DNA of 64,000 nt from an uncultured Clostridia bacterium (GCA_937876375.1 CALEHY010000019.1:3858-67857), one strand, 5' to 3'. Numbered from the stretch's first letter, positions 39,205-49,740 are shown. Translations and numbers: made by a program. The notes: generated by a model not told the origin, from the sequence alone.

Positions 39205-41871
39205 TTACTTTGTTGTAGTGTACTTGCTACTGCTCCAAGCAGAATAATACTTCACCTTGTTTACTGTCTTGTATGTTCTGATACGAACATAGTACTTTTT
39301 CTTCGCTGTTAAGCCAGTGATTGATTTGCTAACTGTAGTATTCTTTGTTACAGCATAGGTCTTAGCACCCTTTGTAAACTTGCTATCAGTTGCAATCTGC
39401 ACCTCATAGCCTGTGGTCTGGGTTGCCTGCTTGGTCCAAGTTGCCTTTAGTCCTTTCTTTAAAGCAGATACAGACTTTAGGCTAGTGGCTTTTGGATTAA
39501 TGGTGAATGTCTTGCTAACTGTACCAGAGTAGTTACCCTTGAATGTCACCTTTGCTGTAGCCTTGCCAACATTAGTATTTGCAGAATATGTAACAGTGTA
39601 GTTTGATGAAGAAATGGTCTTGCCATTACTATCCTTTACTGTTACAGTTGGTTTCTTTGCCTTGCCATCATATGTGTACTTTGTAGCAGAAAGTGTGATA
39701 GTCTTTGGATAATAAATAGTTGACTTTGTTGTCTGTGTGTCACACACTGTACAAGCTGTTACCTTGCTACCATTCTTGCTTGTTGTTGCCCTTGTGGTAG
39801 TAGTCTTTAGTGTATGGTCTGCTACTGGAACAGTCTCTTGCTCAACTATTACTGTTTCACATACAGAGCAATGCTTGCCCTCTGTCAAGCCTTCCTTTGT
39901 GCAAGTTGGTGCAACAGCGTCATCAGTAACCTCGGTATGTGGCAGAGCAGTAATAGTCTCTGTCACTCTATCAATTTCCTTGGTGCATACAGAACAATAT
40001 GTCACCATATCATATGAGCCAGCCTTGGCACAAGTAGCCTCTACTCTGTTCTCCTCAACTGCCTTTTCTGGAGTGTGTGCAGCAGGAACAATATCTGACA
40101 CATACTCTGCTCCACATTCGTCACACTTGTATGTTGTGTAGCCATCTGCTGTACAGGTTGGTGGAGTAACAGTGTTCTTGTAGCTGTGGGTATGTAGTGT
40201 CTTTACTAGATAAACATTAGCACTACAGCTCATCAAATAAACATTTACTTTGATAGGATATGCACCAGTCTCGGTCCAAGGTGTCTTCTCCTGGTCAGAA
40301 TAAAAATCAATATCTATCCAGCCAATGCTATCCTCACCATTGACGAATGCATCCTTTGTCTTGTCATAGGTGTATGCCTTCTTTGTGCCATCAGCAAGGG
40401 TGAACACCATCTTGTCGCCATTGGCAAACAGCTTTTCTGTCTCTAGGAAATAATAATATGTCTTGGTTTCGGAGTCGTATGTTCCGTCCGTTCTCTCCCT
40501 CAAGGTCATAGCGTGTGTCAGCTCTAGCTCCATTGACTCAAAGCCATATGGGTGACCCTTTGTAACGGTGAGCTCAACATTCGCTGTGCCATCATAGCTA
40601 GATATGAAAATATTATATTTCTTGCCAGCCTCGAGTCTTGAAGCAATGAGGTAATCCTTTTCGCCATACTCGCTCATGGTGTCCTCTACAAACTCGTCAT
40701 TTAGCAAAACGCTTGCACCGGTCTCCTTGTCACCAGAGAATGAGAAAGTGTATATACCACTCTCCTTTGGAGTGAAGAAATAATCTGTTCCATCCTCATC
40801 AACAGTCATCTTGTTCTTGCCAAGCTTTAGCACTGTCGCATCTGCTGTGTCAGAAAACTGTAGCTTTGTCTTGTCGGTATAGAGATATTTTGAATACTTA
40901 ATTTGAGTTTTTGTCAGTCTTGTGTAAATTACATAATCAACGCTTGCTGTCAAATCGGTCTTTGAGCTATCACTAGAGGTAAGTGAGCTACCCTCTGGCA
41001 CGATTGATGAGATAGTAACATTTCTACCAACCGAGCCCTCCTCTGCGAGTGCCTTGGCAATATTACTGTTAAATGTACCAACATGACCGGTAATCACACC
41101 AGCAGCTTGGGTCTGGGCTACCTGCAAGCCGATAATAGGAACGGTTGTATAACTCTCGTTATTATGCACCTTTGTGGTATATGAAAGCTTAGTAGTAGAG
41201 GTCGAAACACTGCCCTCATACTTATGTCTGTCACCCAGACGACCCTCTTCCTTGCTATATGTAGCAGTGATACGATATTTAACTGGCACAACGATAGCCT
41301 TTGCTGTATCGTAGTAGCAATCATCGACAGTCTCATTAACGATATTCTCTGCTGGATATAGCTGGCACTGTACAACTGTATCAGAGTCGCATACCTCACC
41401 CTTTTCGTTCAGGTAATGGGTAACGGTCTTGTTTGTGCCATTATCTGTATCAGTGTTGTACTCATCCTCGGTAATAAAGCTCATCACGCCATCAGCATTC
41501 TTGGTGTATCTGTAGTTAACAGTAACAGTCTGCTCCATCTCTGGTATCTCGGTGTCACCAATAGTCGCAGTCATACGCTTAACGGTGTATTTGCCAGCGT
41601 CACCAAATGTAACAGTAGCTGTGTCATCACCCTTTAGCTTGAATGTGCCATTCTTGACCTCGATTTCATCGCTGTTCTTGTCCACAATGTCTGGATTATA
41701 TGGCTCGCCATCCTTGTCCACAACATATGTGAATGTGTAGTCCTTGTGCTCTGTATTAGCACTAACGAAAACAACTGGGTCCAGCTCACCAGCACTAGCA
41801 CTAATGCTCATTCCTCCAAAGATGCTCATCAGCATAGTTAGTGATAGGACGATAGAGATAATCTTTTTCAT
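39205..41871 (-). CDS. Secreted surface protein with CxxC repeats and C-terminal Lys-rich Ig/FN3 module
   Basis: Signal peptide MKKIISIV...ASA; PTCT.DG...C..CG repeats; [27 protein letters not shown]...YSAWS. Confidence 0.8.
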   Translation of the reverse strand: MKKIISIVLSLTMLMSIFGGMSISASAGELDPVVFVSANTEHKDYTFTYVVDKDGEPYNPDIVDKNSDEIEVKNGTFKLKGDDTATVTFGDAGKYTVKRMTATIGDTEIPEMEQTVTVNYRYTKNADGVMSFITEDEYNTDTDNGTNKTVTHYLNEKGEVCDSDTVVQCQLYPAENIVNETVDDCYYDTAKAIVVPVKYRITATYSKEEGRLGDRHKYEGSVSTSTTKLSYTTKVHNNESYTTVPIIGLQVAQTQAAGVITGHVGTFNSNIAKALAEEGSVGRNVTISSIVPEGSSLTSSDSSKTDLTASVDYVIYTRLTKTQIKYSKYLYTDKTKLQFSDTADATVLKLGKNKMTVDEDGTDYFFTPKESGIYTFSFSGDKETGASVLLNDEFVEDTMSEYGEKDYLIASRLEAGKKYNIFISSYDGTANVELTVTKGHPYGFESMELELTHAMTLRERTDGTYDSETKTYYYFLETEKLFANGDKMVFTLADGTKKAYTYDKTKDAFVNGEDSIGWIDIDFYSDQEKTPWTETGAYPIKVNVYLMSCSANVYLVKTLHTHSYKNTVTPPTCTADGYTTYKCDECGAEYVSDIVPAAHTPEKAVEENRVEATCAKAGSYDMVTYCSVCTKEIDRVTETITALPHTEVTDDAVAPTCTKEGLTEGKHCSVCETVIVEQETVPVADHTLKTTTTRATTSKNGSKVTACTVCDTQTTKSTIYYPKTITLSATKYTYDGKAKKPTVTVKDSNGKTISSSNYTVTYSANTNVGKATAKVTFKGNYSGTVSKTFTINPKATSLKSVSALKKGLKATWTKQATQTTGYEVQIATDSKFTKGAKTYAVTKNTTVSKSITGLTAKKKYYVRIRTYKTVNKVKYYSAWSSSKYTTTK

Positions 41872-42027
41872 ACCGTTCTCCTTTAATTCATTTCCTTCAT
41901 TATATAATAAAATATTTTTATTTTCAACTGACGAAATTGCAAACTGTAACAAATATATTAATGTTGTAAATATTTATATAATATGCTATCATAAAATTAC
42001 AATATTCTACAAAAAGGAATTTTTCTT

Positions 42028-43479
42028 ATGAAAACAAAGGAAAGAGAGAATGTTCAAGCCACTCATCCAAACAAAATTGGTATCAAAGAGGGCGTTGGAT
42101 ATATGTTCGGTGACTCTGGCAATCTGTTTTTGCTGACATATGTGTCATCGTTTCTAAAGGTATTTTACACTGACGTGCTAAAGATTGCACCAAAGAGGGT
42201 TGCAAACCTGTTCCTGTTCACTAGATTATGGGACGCTGTCAACGACCCACTATGGGGCACATTGGTAGCGAAGCGTCCACCTGATATCAATGGTAAATAT
42301 CGTTCATACATAAAGTGGATTGCTGTGCCAGTAGCATTGGCAGAATGTCTTTGTTTCATCAATATCCGTAGCTTGACACACAACGAGGCACTGATACTCA
42401 TCTTTGCATATGTGACATATATCGGGTTCGGTATGCTGTACACTGGTATCAATGTACCATTCGGCTCGTTAGCGTCAGTTATTACTGATGACCCAGATGG
42501 CAGAACTCTACTTTCAACATTCCGTTCCATCGGTGGTGGAATTGGTGGCGCTGCGCCATTACTACTTGCACCATTCATCATTTACAGCAAGATTGACAAT
42601 GGCGATGGCACTACTCATAACGAGGCAAATGCTAACGGTATGATGATATTCGGTATGGCTATGGCTGTGCTAGCTATCATATTCTACCTCACCTGCTACA
42701 AGACCACCACAGAGCGTGTTAAATCTGCACAAGACCCAAAATTTGATATCAAAACAGCATATCTCGGTATGCTAAAGAGCAGACCATTCCGTGTACTTGC
42801 GCTAACTGGCATACTCATCAGTGGTGAGCTACAGTTTGCATCACTCAACCAATATCTGTACAAGAATTATTTTTGTAACACTAGCTTGTCTGTTCTTGGC
42901 ACAGTGGCACAGTATTTGCCAATGGCACTGATGATACCACTCATTCCAAAGCTGTCAAAGAAATTTGGCAAAAAGGAGATTTGTGGCTTCGGCTCATTCT
43001 TCTCTGCACTCGCTGCTGTGATGATTTTTGTCATCAAGCCTGGTCGTGACCAAGCTTGGCTGTTCATTGCACTGCTGTTTGTCATCGGATTTGGCTACTC
43101 GTTCGTATCTATCACAAACTGGGCTGTTGTTGCTGACGTAATTGATTACCAAGAATACAAGACTGGTATCAAGACCGAAAGTGCTATCTACGCTGTGTAC
43201 ACCTTATGTCGAAAGCTAGGTCAGACCATCGCTGACTACGGTGGACTAACTCTGCTTGCAAAGATTGGATATGACGTAAATGTTATGTCAAATGCTGGAT
43301 ATGTTGAGGGCGTTAGTGAGGGCATACTAAAGGTATGCACCATCATCCCAGCAATCACATATACACTGATATTCGTGCTATATCGTTTCGCTTATCCATT
43401 GACTAAGGAACGCCTAGAGCCAGTGTACGAATATGTTAGAGAAAGCAACCAAAACCAAGAGGAGCAACCAAACGACTAA
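42028..43479 (+). CDS. GPH-family (MelB-like) MFS glycoside:cation symporter
   Basis: GYMFGD.G, RLWDAVNDPLWG, GKYR, NVPFGSL, VADVIDYQEYKTG. Confidence 0.92.
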   Translation: MKTKERENVQATHPNKIGIKEGVGYMFGDSGNLFLLTYVSSFLKVFYTDVLKIAPKRVANLFLFTRLWDAVNDPLWGTLVAKRPPDINGKYRSYIKWIAVPVALAECLCFINIRSLTHNEALILIFAYVTYIGFGMLYTGINVPFGSLASVITDDPDGRTLLSTFRSIGGGIGGAAPLLLAPFIIYSKIDNGDGTTHNEANANGMMIFGMAMAVLAIIFYLTCYKTTTERVKSAQDPKFDIKTAYLGMLKSRPFRVLALTGILISGELQFASLNQYLYKNYFCNTSLSVLGTVAQYLPMALMIPLIPKLSKKFGKKEICGFGSFFSALAAVMIFVIKPGRDQAWLFIALLFVIGFGYSFVSITNWAVVADVIDYQEYKTGIKTESAIYAVYTLCRKLGQTIADYGGLTLLAKIGYDVNVMSNAGYVEGVSEGILKVCTIIPAITYTLIFVLYRFAYPLTKERLEPVYEYVRESNQNQEEQPND

Positions 43480-44360
43480 TGAAACTACATAATATCAAGC
43501 ACACAAGAGAGCTTGGAATATTCGAGAGCATGCTATATATTCTGCTCGCTATCGTGCTACTACCACTGACACTGATATTCTTTGTCCCAATTCGCAACCT
43601 TAGCAAATATTGCAAGGCAGCGAACTATGTACCTACAAAGCTAAATGATAAGTACAAGGACAAAACACATCTCATCGCACACAGGGGCTATCGTGCCCTA
43701 GCACCAGAGAACACTCTGCCTGCATATATCGAGGCTGGCAAGGCTGGATACTGGGGTGCAGAAAATGATATCCATCGCACAAAGGATGGCGTATGGGTGC
43801 TACACCACGACTATGTCACCTATCGTATGATGAACAAAAATTATAGGATAGAGGGCACAACCTTTGACAAGCTGTCAAAGGCGTACTACGACAACGGCTC
43901 ATACTACAAGGATTATCCTAATTTAAGGATTACCACACTGGAGGAATACCTCCAAAAGTGTGAGGAGTACAATATGGTCGCTGTGATGGAGATAAAGGGC
44001 AAGGTTAGTATCGACCACTATGACGAGATAGTCGATATGGTGAAGAAATACAATGTCACAGCACAGTATATCTCCTTTAGCTACGAGACTATCGTCCGTA
44101 TGAGAGAGCTGACTGATGCAAAGCTGTTTTATCTGACATACAAGATTGATGATGACGCTGTCACAAAGGCAAAGAGTGTCGAAAACTGTGGCGTCAGCTT
44201 TGACGGAAATGACAAGGACAACCAGTCACAGCAAGCAGTCAGCAAAATCCTCGACGCTGGACTAGAGCCAGCACTGTGGGCACTGGACGACGAAAAAATG
44301 ACCGAAAATTTCGTCGACTGGGGCGTCAAATATATCACCACAAACCAAATACACTACTAA
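43479..44360 (+). CDS. Glycerophosphodiester phosphodiesterase
   Basis: IAHRG...APENTL.AY, E.DIH.TKDGVWVLHHD, EIKG, GVKYITTN. Confidence 0.92.
   Translation: MKLHNIKHTRELGIFESMLYILLAIVLLPLTLIFFVPIRNLSKYCKAANYVPTKLNDKYKDKTHLIAHRGYRALAPENTLPAYIEAGKAGYWGAENDIHRTKDGVWVLHHDYVTYRMMNKNYRIEGTTFDKLSKAYYDNGSYYKDYPNLRITTLEEYLQKCEEYNMVAVMEIKGKVSIDHYDEIVDMVKKYNVTAQYISFSYETIVRMRELTDAKLFYLTYKIDDDAVTKAKSVENCGVSFDGNDKDNQSQQAVSKILDAGLEPALWALDDEKMTENFVDWGVKYITTNQIHY
44340..44360 (+). repeat. 21-bp direct repeat, left copy (3' end of the GDPD gene)
   Basis: ACAAACCAAATACACTACTAA, identical to 46049-46069. Confidence 0.9.
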
Positions 44361-44405
44361 AATTAATTTTTACATAATTATCATTTTGGTAAAAAGGATT
44401 ATATA

Positions 44406-46040
44406 ATGATTTCAAATAACATACAATCAAAAATTGATAGTAAAATAAATGAATATGATAGTAATATTTACAAAATAGAATTATCAATTAATGAATTATC
44501 TTTAGAAAAAGACGCAATCGATAATGAATTGTATAATGTGTCCCAAGAATTACTATCAAATAATTTTAAATGGTATCAAATAAAAGATAAAAGAACACAC
44601 AAAAAATCTCTAGAACTAAAAAAAGAAAAACTAGAACAAAGGCTAAAAAAAATAGAAATTGAAATAAACAAACAAAAAAGCAAAAAAAGAGTATTGTTAT
44701 CAAAGAAAAAACTTGTGTTAAACACAAAACCAATACTTATTGTTTCAATTATACTATTCGCTTTAATACTTATCTGTTCAATTTTTAGTATTATAAACAC
44801 ACAAATTGAAGCCAACAAAATACTATCTGAATATCAAGTCACAATAAAAGTTAACAGCAAGCAAAACCTTTTATTTAATACCTATGACATAAATACATAT
44901 GTTGATGATGAAATAATTGGAACGATTGCTAATGGTGGCGAAGATAAATACAATTTGATATTAAGAGAAGGCGAGCACAAATTCACATGCAAAAATGCCG
45001 AAGATGAAAGTGTTTATGGCTCATTAACTTTTACGATTACGGAGTCTAATAAATACCAATTTAATGTATCAAGTGAAACTAGTACAATAAGAATATCTGA
45101 AACCATATATGATGAATCTACAACAACTACCGAAGCCATTACCCAAACCACCACAGAATCAACTTCTTCACAAGAATCAAATGAAAGTAATAATCTATAC
45201 ACTCTATCACCTGATGACATTCCAATATATGATGAAAAGCCATTTGTTGAAATAAACAATAATGAACCAACATTTACCCTTTCGGATATTAAAACAGAAG
45301 CATTTGAATTCTATTCTCCTTTAGACACATTAAACAGATGCGGAATCGCTTTGGCATGTATCAGTAAAGATACATTACTTTCCGAAAAGAAAGAGAAAAT
45401 TGAACAAATTGTTCCAACGGGCTGGCAAGATGAAGAATATGATTTTATTGGAAAAAATCTATATAAAAAATGTTCTCTAATTGGATATCCGCTAACTGCT
45501 GAATATAAAAATCAAAAAAATATTATAACAGGAACTCAATATCTATACCAAAAAGGCTTACAGCCATTTGAAAAAAAGGTCTTCAACTACATTAAAAAAA
45601 CCAATAATCATGTAATGTATCGTTCCACACCTATATTTAATAACGACAATCTTATCGCTGAAGGTGTTCAAATAGAAGCCTATTCCGTTGAAGATGCTGG
45701 AAAAGGTATTAGTTTCAATGTATTTTGTTATAATATACAACCTGGTGTAATAATAGATTATTCTACCGGTAACAGCGAATCTGATGGAACTGTTATTGCA
45801 ACCACAAAAGCCACAACAACATCTTCAACCACAAAACAAACAACTACAAAGAAAAAAATTTCAACCACAAAAAAGCACACAACTACAACCAGCAAACATT
45901 ACTCAAGAACAGTATATAGAACCCCAAGTGGAGAATGTTACCACTTTTCATCATCTTGTGGTGGTAAAAATTCGTATGATATTACTTTAGATTCTGCGAT
46001 TGGAATGGGTTTGCGCCCTTGTAAAAAATGTGCTTATTAA
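44406..46040 (+). CDS. AT-rich membrane protein with a DNA/RNA non-specific (DNA-entry/EndA-like) nuclease domain, apparently degenerate, and a C-terminal Cys/His metal-binding domain
   Basis: Coiled coil, TM; INNNEPTF, YSPLD.LNRCG.A.A, PTGW, HVMYR.TP.F, FNVFCYNIQPG; VYRTPSGECYH...C...PCKKC. Confidence 0.8.
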   Translation: MISNNIQSKIDSKINEYDSNIYKIELSINELSLEKDAIDNELYNVSQELLSNNFKWYQIKDKRTHKKSLELKKEKLEQRLKKIEIEINKQKSKKRVLLSKKKLVLNTKPILIVSIILFALILICSIFSIINTQIEANKILSEYQVTIKVNSKQNLLFNTYDINTYVDDEIIGTIANGGEDKYNLILREGEHKFTCKNAEDESVYGSLTFTITESNKYQFNVSSETSTIRISETIYDESTTTTEAITQTTTESTSSQESNESNNLYTLSPDDIPIYDEKPFVEINNNEPTFTLSDIKTEAFEFYSPLDTLNRCGIALACISKDTLLSEKKEKIEQIVPTGWQDEEYDFIGKNLYKKCSLIGYPLTAEYKNQKNIITGTQYLYQKGLQPFEKKVFNYIKKTNNHVMYRSTPIFNNDNLIAEGVQIEAYSVEDAGKGISFNVFCYNIQPGVIIDYSTGNSESDGTVIATTKATTTSSTTKQTTTKKKISTTKKHTTTTSKHYSRTVYRTPSGECYHFSSSCGGKNSYDITLDSAIGMGLRPCKKCAY

Positions 46041-46048
46041 AATTTACA

Positions 46049-46069
46049 ACAAACCAAATACACTACTAA
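46049..46069 (+). repeat. 21-bp direct repeat, right copy
   Basis: ACAAACCAAATACACTACTAA. Confidence 0.9.
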
Positions 46070-46074
46070 TATGT

Positions 46075-46108
46075 AAAAAGAGGCAATATTCGTTTGAATA
46101 TTGCCTCT
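46075..46108. terminator. Terminator between convergent genes
   Basis: AGAGGCAATATTC-GTTT-GAATATTGCCTCT. Confidence 0.8.
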
Positions 46109-46114
46109 AATATT

Positions 46115-47077
46115 TTATCTAAATAGTATTCTATGGATATCGATTGAGTCCTGCTCGATAGGGTCGCTAGTAATCACCCCAGATTTAAAATCATTAAACT
46201 GTTTCTCATAATTAGAGTAAACATTGATATACTGGTTGTGCATTCTTGCCTTTGTATTATCACAAAATACAACCTCTCTGTCATCACCATCGATGATAAC
46301 AACAGACTGATTAGAATGGTCGAGCAACAGCTCCTTGTCTGTATCATAGAATTTCATCAGGGTTGTCTTTTGATTAATCCCCTTTGCCCAGCTAGTGTTG
46401 ATGGTGCACAAGCACCTGCCATCAGTATATTTTGATACAGATGAATATGTAACACCGTCCTGCTCCTTGCTATCGAACGAAACTAACGAATAATTCTCTA
46501 GCTTAACCAATCTAGCAAGAACGCTCAAAATGTTAACACCACTGTCGATAAAGCTACCTGCAAGAGAGCATCTGTCCTTTATCAGCTCGCCATCAATCAT
46601 ATATGGATCGAAAAATCCAGACTCAATTTCCTTTGCGTTATCCAGCCTTAACTCTGCTGGTAGCTTGTCTTGATTGTCCAAATACCACTCAATATCGATC
46701 GAGTCAGCAGCATGGTAAACAACGCAAAACAGCACGCCAGCCTCCTTTGACGCACTATATAGCTCCTTTAAATCATCGAGATTTGTAGTGCCAGGCTTTT
46801 CGACGATAACATTTCTACCAGCCTTGATGCATTGCATAGCAATATCATAGTGGGTTGCTGGTGGTGTGCTAACCATAACAACGTCGATATCAGCATTAGC
46901 CAAAAAGGCATCAAGAGTATCAAATGTCGAAACATTATTCTCACTAGCAAACTCTGTTGCGATACTTGTGTTTTTGTCAAACACAGCTGTAATAGTGTAC
47001 TTGTCCTTTAGCTCATCAAGTGCACCCTTTTGCCAAGCAAAAATAGTGCCCAATCCGACAAATCCAATTTTAATCAT
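46115..47077 (-). CDS. Gfo/Idh/MocA oxidoreductase
   Basis: KIGFVGLGTI, VSTPPATHY, VIVEKP, GSFIDSGVN. Confidence 0.88.
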   Translation of the reverse strand: MIKIGFVGLGTIFAWQKGALDELKDKYTITAVFDKNTSIATEFASENNVSTFDTLDAFLANADIDVVMVSTPPATHYDIAMQCIKAGRNVIVEKPGTTNLDDLKELYSASKEAGVLFCVVYHAADSIDIEWYLDNQDKLPAELRLDNAKEIESGFFDPYMIDGELIKDRCSLAGSFIDSGVNILSVLARLVKLENYSLVSFDSKEQDGVTYSSVSKYTDGRCLCTINTSWAKGINQKTTLMKFYDTDKELLLDHSNQSVVIIDGDDREVVFCDNTKARMHNQYINVYSNYEKQFNDFKSGVITSDPIEQDSIDIHRILFR

Positions 47078-47150
47078 ACGATTCTCCAATATTTATAGAA
47101 TCTTTTTACTTTTTCAAAGTAAAAAGACACCCTCGTGGGTGTCTTTCCAC

Positions 47151-47332
47151 TTGGCAGTGGTATAACAACCTGTCAAGTCACGGTTGTATTTGCTACGCAA
47201 ATCTCCACCTTAAAGACTTGACAGAACGTTATTACGGGTTTAATAGCATTTTAAACCCGTAATAAGGATTCTTCGAATCCTTCACATATCTTTGTAAAAA
47301 ACAAAAACACACCGTTTGGTGCGCTTTTGTTT
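47151..47332 (-). mobile_element. 182-bp structured insert bounded by a duplicated tRNA-Gln 3' end
   Basis: TTGGCAGTGGTATAA at 47151-47165 and 47333-47347; internal perfect hairpins; a terminator after each copy. Confidence 0.6.
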
Positions 47333-47333
47333 T

Positions 47334-47407
47334 TGGCAGTGGTATAAGGATTCGAACCTTAAATGACGGAGTCAGAGTCCGGAGTGTTACCGTTACACTA
47401 TACCACT
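47334..47407 (-). tRNA. tRNA-Gln(CTG)
   Basis: AGTGGTA TA GTGT AACGGTA ACAC T CCGGA CT-CTG-AC TCCGT CATT TAAGG TTCGAAT CCTTA TACCACT G CCA folds as a cloverleaf with encoded CCA. Confidence 0.96.
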
Positions 47408-47437
47408 ATATATACTTTTCGCATCTCTGCACGAGAT

Positions 47438-47466
47438 AATATAACACATTTCGGTGTAAGTTGCAA
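47438..47466 (-). promoter_or_regulatory. Sigma-A promoter of tRNA-Gln
   Basis: TTGCAA-17 bp-(TG)TATATT. Confidence 0.6.
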
Positions 47467-47512
47467 GAGAAATTTTTGAAAATATGAAAGTTTTTTGCAA
47501 AATCGTCCTATA

Positions 47513-47541
47513 TTTACATTAATACCCCATTATGATATAAT
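47513..47541 (+). promoter_or_regulatory. Sigma-A promoter of the GH89 gene
   Basis: TTTACA-17 bp-(TG)TATAAT. Confidence 0.7.
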
Positions 47542-47568
47542 TATTACAGAACATTTTGAGGTGAATAT

Positions 47569-49704
47569 ATGAATAACGTTATCAATGGATTTCTTGAGCG
47601 AAATCTGCCACAGTTCAAGGACAAGTTCATAGTCAATATTGCTCCAGCCGATATGGACGAGTATACTCTACAGTTTTCAGATGGCAAAATCGTCATCGAC
47701 GCTAGTAGTGTTATCGCCTGCTGTGTCGGTATCTACGACTACCTAAAGGAGCACTGCAATGTTCAGCTGTCATGGTGCTCTAATACCGAGATTGCTATTG
47801 ACGAGCTTGTGCCATTCGATGGTGTGATGAGCAGAAAAATTGAGCAAAAATTTAGAGTGTATATGAACTACTGCACCCTGAATTACACTATGAGCTGGTG
47901 GGATTTTGACCGATGGGAGAAAGAAATCGACTTTATGGCGATGAACGGTATCAATATGCCACTTGCCGTTGTTGGCACAGAGGCTGTGTGGTACGAGACG
48001 ATGGTCGAGCTAGGCTTTAGCGAGGACGAAGCTCTGTCAACAATATCTGGTCCAGCGTTTTGGGCTTGGCAGTTGATGACGAATATCGAGGGCTACATTC
48101 CACCAAAGGACAAAAAATATGTCTACGAACGACTAGAGCTTGGCAAAAAGATACTCAATCGCTATCTTGAGTTTGGTATGCAACCTATTCAACAAGGATT
48201 TTCTGGTCATGTGCCAATGCTGATGAAGGAAAAATATCCTAACGAAACAATCATCGAGCAAAAGGGCTGGTGCACATATCCAAAGACAGCACAGCTAGAC
48301 CCAACGGACGACTTTTTCATCAAGGTTGGCACCATATATCTAAACAAGATGGACGAGCTACTAGGCAACCATCACTACCTAGCCTGTGACCCATTCCACG
48401 AGGGCACTCCACCAAAGGACACAAAGCAATATCTCAACGCTGTTGGCACAGCTATCAACAAAATGTATCAGTCCTTTGACGAGCAGAGCATTTGGGTAAT
48501 GCAAGGCTGGACACCTCGTAGGGATATCGTCGAGGCTATACCAAAGGACAGACTGCTCATTCTTGACCTAGACTCTGACCGAACAGCCAAGGAATACAAA
48601 TGGGTGCACGAAAATGGCTACACCATCGTGTCTGGTATGCTACACAATTTTGGTGGCAAGAACGCTATGCAGGGTCATCTGCGTGACCATTGCAAGAACA
48701 ATTTTGCTATACTTAAACAAAAGGGCATCAATGTCATCGGCAGTGGTATGTTCATGGAGGGTATCGAGCAAAACCCAGTCATCTATGACCTACAGTTCCA
48801 AATGCTGACAGAGAGTGGCAAGCTCGATTTTGACAAATGGCTAGAGCGCTACATTATTCGTCGATATGGCACTATTAACGACACATTGAAAGAGGTATGG
48901 TCCATTCTGCTACAGACCTGCTATCGTAGTGACGGATATGAGGAGAACAGAGTCGGCTCTTGTCTTGCTGCAAGGCCACAGCTAATGCCTGTTATGACTG
49001 GTCCTTGCTGTTACACCAAGGTGCATTATGATACAAAACAATATGAAAAGGCTGTGTCGCTATTCGCTACTTTAAGCGATGAGCTTGGTAGCGTTGATGC
49101 ATACCAGTACGACCTGTGCGATATGGTACGCCAAGCACTCAGCAACCGTTTTCACGACAATCAGCTAGAGTTCAAAGCTACATACAAAAAGCTGTTCCGA
49201 GATATCGACAAAATCAAGGCTATTGCTGACAAACAGCTAGAGCTATTGCTCGATTTGGACGAATTTTTAGCAAATCGTAGCGAAATGACTCTTGCAAGAT
49301 GGGTCAACGCATCACACAATCTTGCTACCGACGATGATGAACGCAAATATTTTGATTTCAACGCTAGGACACAAATCACGCTATGGGGTGATATCGACAC
49401 AGACACTTCAGAGCTGTTCGACTACGCATGGAAAGAATGGCACGGATTAATCAAAGAATACTACTACCCAAGATGGCAGATATTCTACGATGAAATCATC
49501 AACGCTGTATCACACCACAAGCGACCAAAAATGCCAAGCAATGCTTGGGTACAACGCAAATCGTACAAGAAATATCCAATCGGACAAAAAATCGACAAAT
49601 TCGAGAACGAATGGATACACACCTACAGCGAATACCCAACACCAACAAATAGCGATATCATCGCCCCAGCAAAAGCATTGATAAAAAAATACAATATTGG
49701 ATAA
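47569..49704 (+). CDS. Alpha-N-acetylglucosaminidase (GH89), no signal peptide
   Basis: YMNYCT.NY.MSWW.FDRWEKEIDFMAMNGINMPLA, GPAF.AW.LM.NI, DPFHEG, LHNFGG, MEGIEQNP, NARTQITLWG, DYAWKEW.GLI..YY.PRW. Confidence 0.95.
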   Translation: MNNVINGFLERNLPQFKDKFIVNIAPADMDEYTLQFSDGKIVIDASSVIACCVGIYDYLKEHCNVQLSWCSNTEIAIDELVPFDGVMSRKIEQKFRVYMNYCTLNYTMSWWDFDRWEKEIDFMAMNGINMPLAVVGTEAVWYETMVELGFSEDEALSTISGPAFWAWQLMTNIEGYIPPKDKKYVYERLELGKKILNRYLEFGMQPIQQGFSGHVPMLMKEKYPNETIIEQKGWCTYPKTAQLDPTDDFFIKVGTIYLNKMDELLGNHHYLACDPFHEGTPPKDTKQYLNAVGTAINKMYQSFDEQSIWVMQGWTPRRDIVEAIPKDRLLILDLDSDRTAKEYKWVHENGYTIVSGMLHNFGGKNAMQGHLRDHCKNNFAILKQKGINVIGSGMFMEGIEQNPVIYDLQFQMLTESGKLDFDKWLERYIIRRYGTINDTLKEVWSILLQTCYRSDGYEENRVGSCLAARPQLMPVMTGPCCYTKVHYDTKQYEKAVSLFATLSDELGSVDAYQYDLCDMVRQALSNRFHDNQLEFKATYKKLFRDIDKIKAIADKQLELLLDLDEFLANRSEMTLARWVNASHNLATDDDERKYFDFNARTQITLWGDIDTDTSELFDYAWKEWHGLIKEYYYPRWQIFYDEIINAVSHHKRPKMPSNAWVQRKSYKKYPIGQKIDKFENEWIHTYSEYPTPTNSDIIAPAKALIKKYNIG

Positions 49705-49706
49705 AA

Positions 49707-49740
49707 CAAAAAAGCACATTCGACCGAATGTGCTTTTTTG
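49707..49740. terminator. Bidirectional terminator
   Basis: CAAAAAAGCACATTCG-AC-CGAATGTGCTTTTTTG. Confidence 0.85.

Noticed and set aside
46115..47407. Prophage or large genomic island at tRNA-Gln
   Set aside because: The duplicated 3' end is only 182 bp away, and there are no integrase or phage genes in the window.
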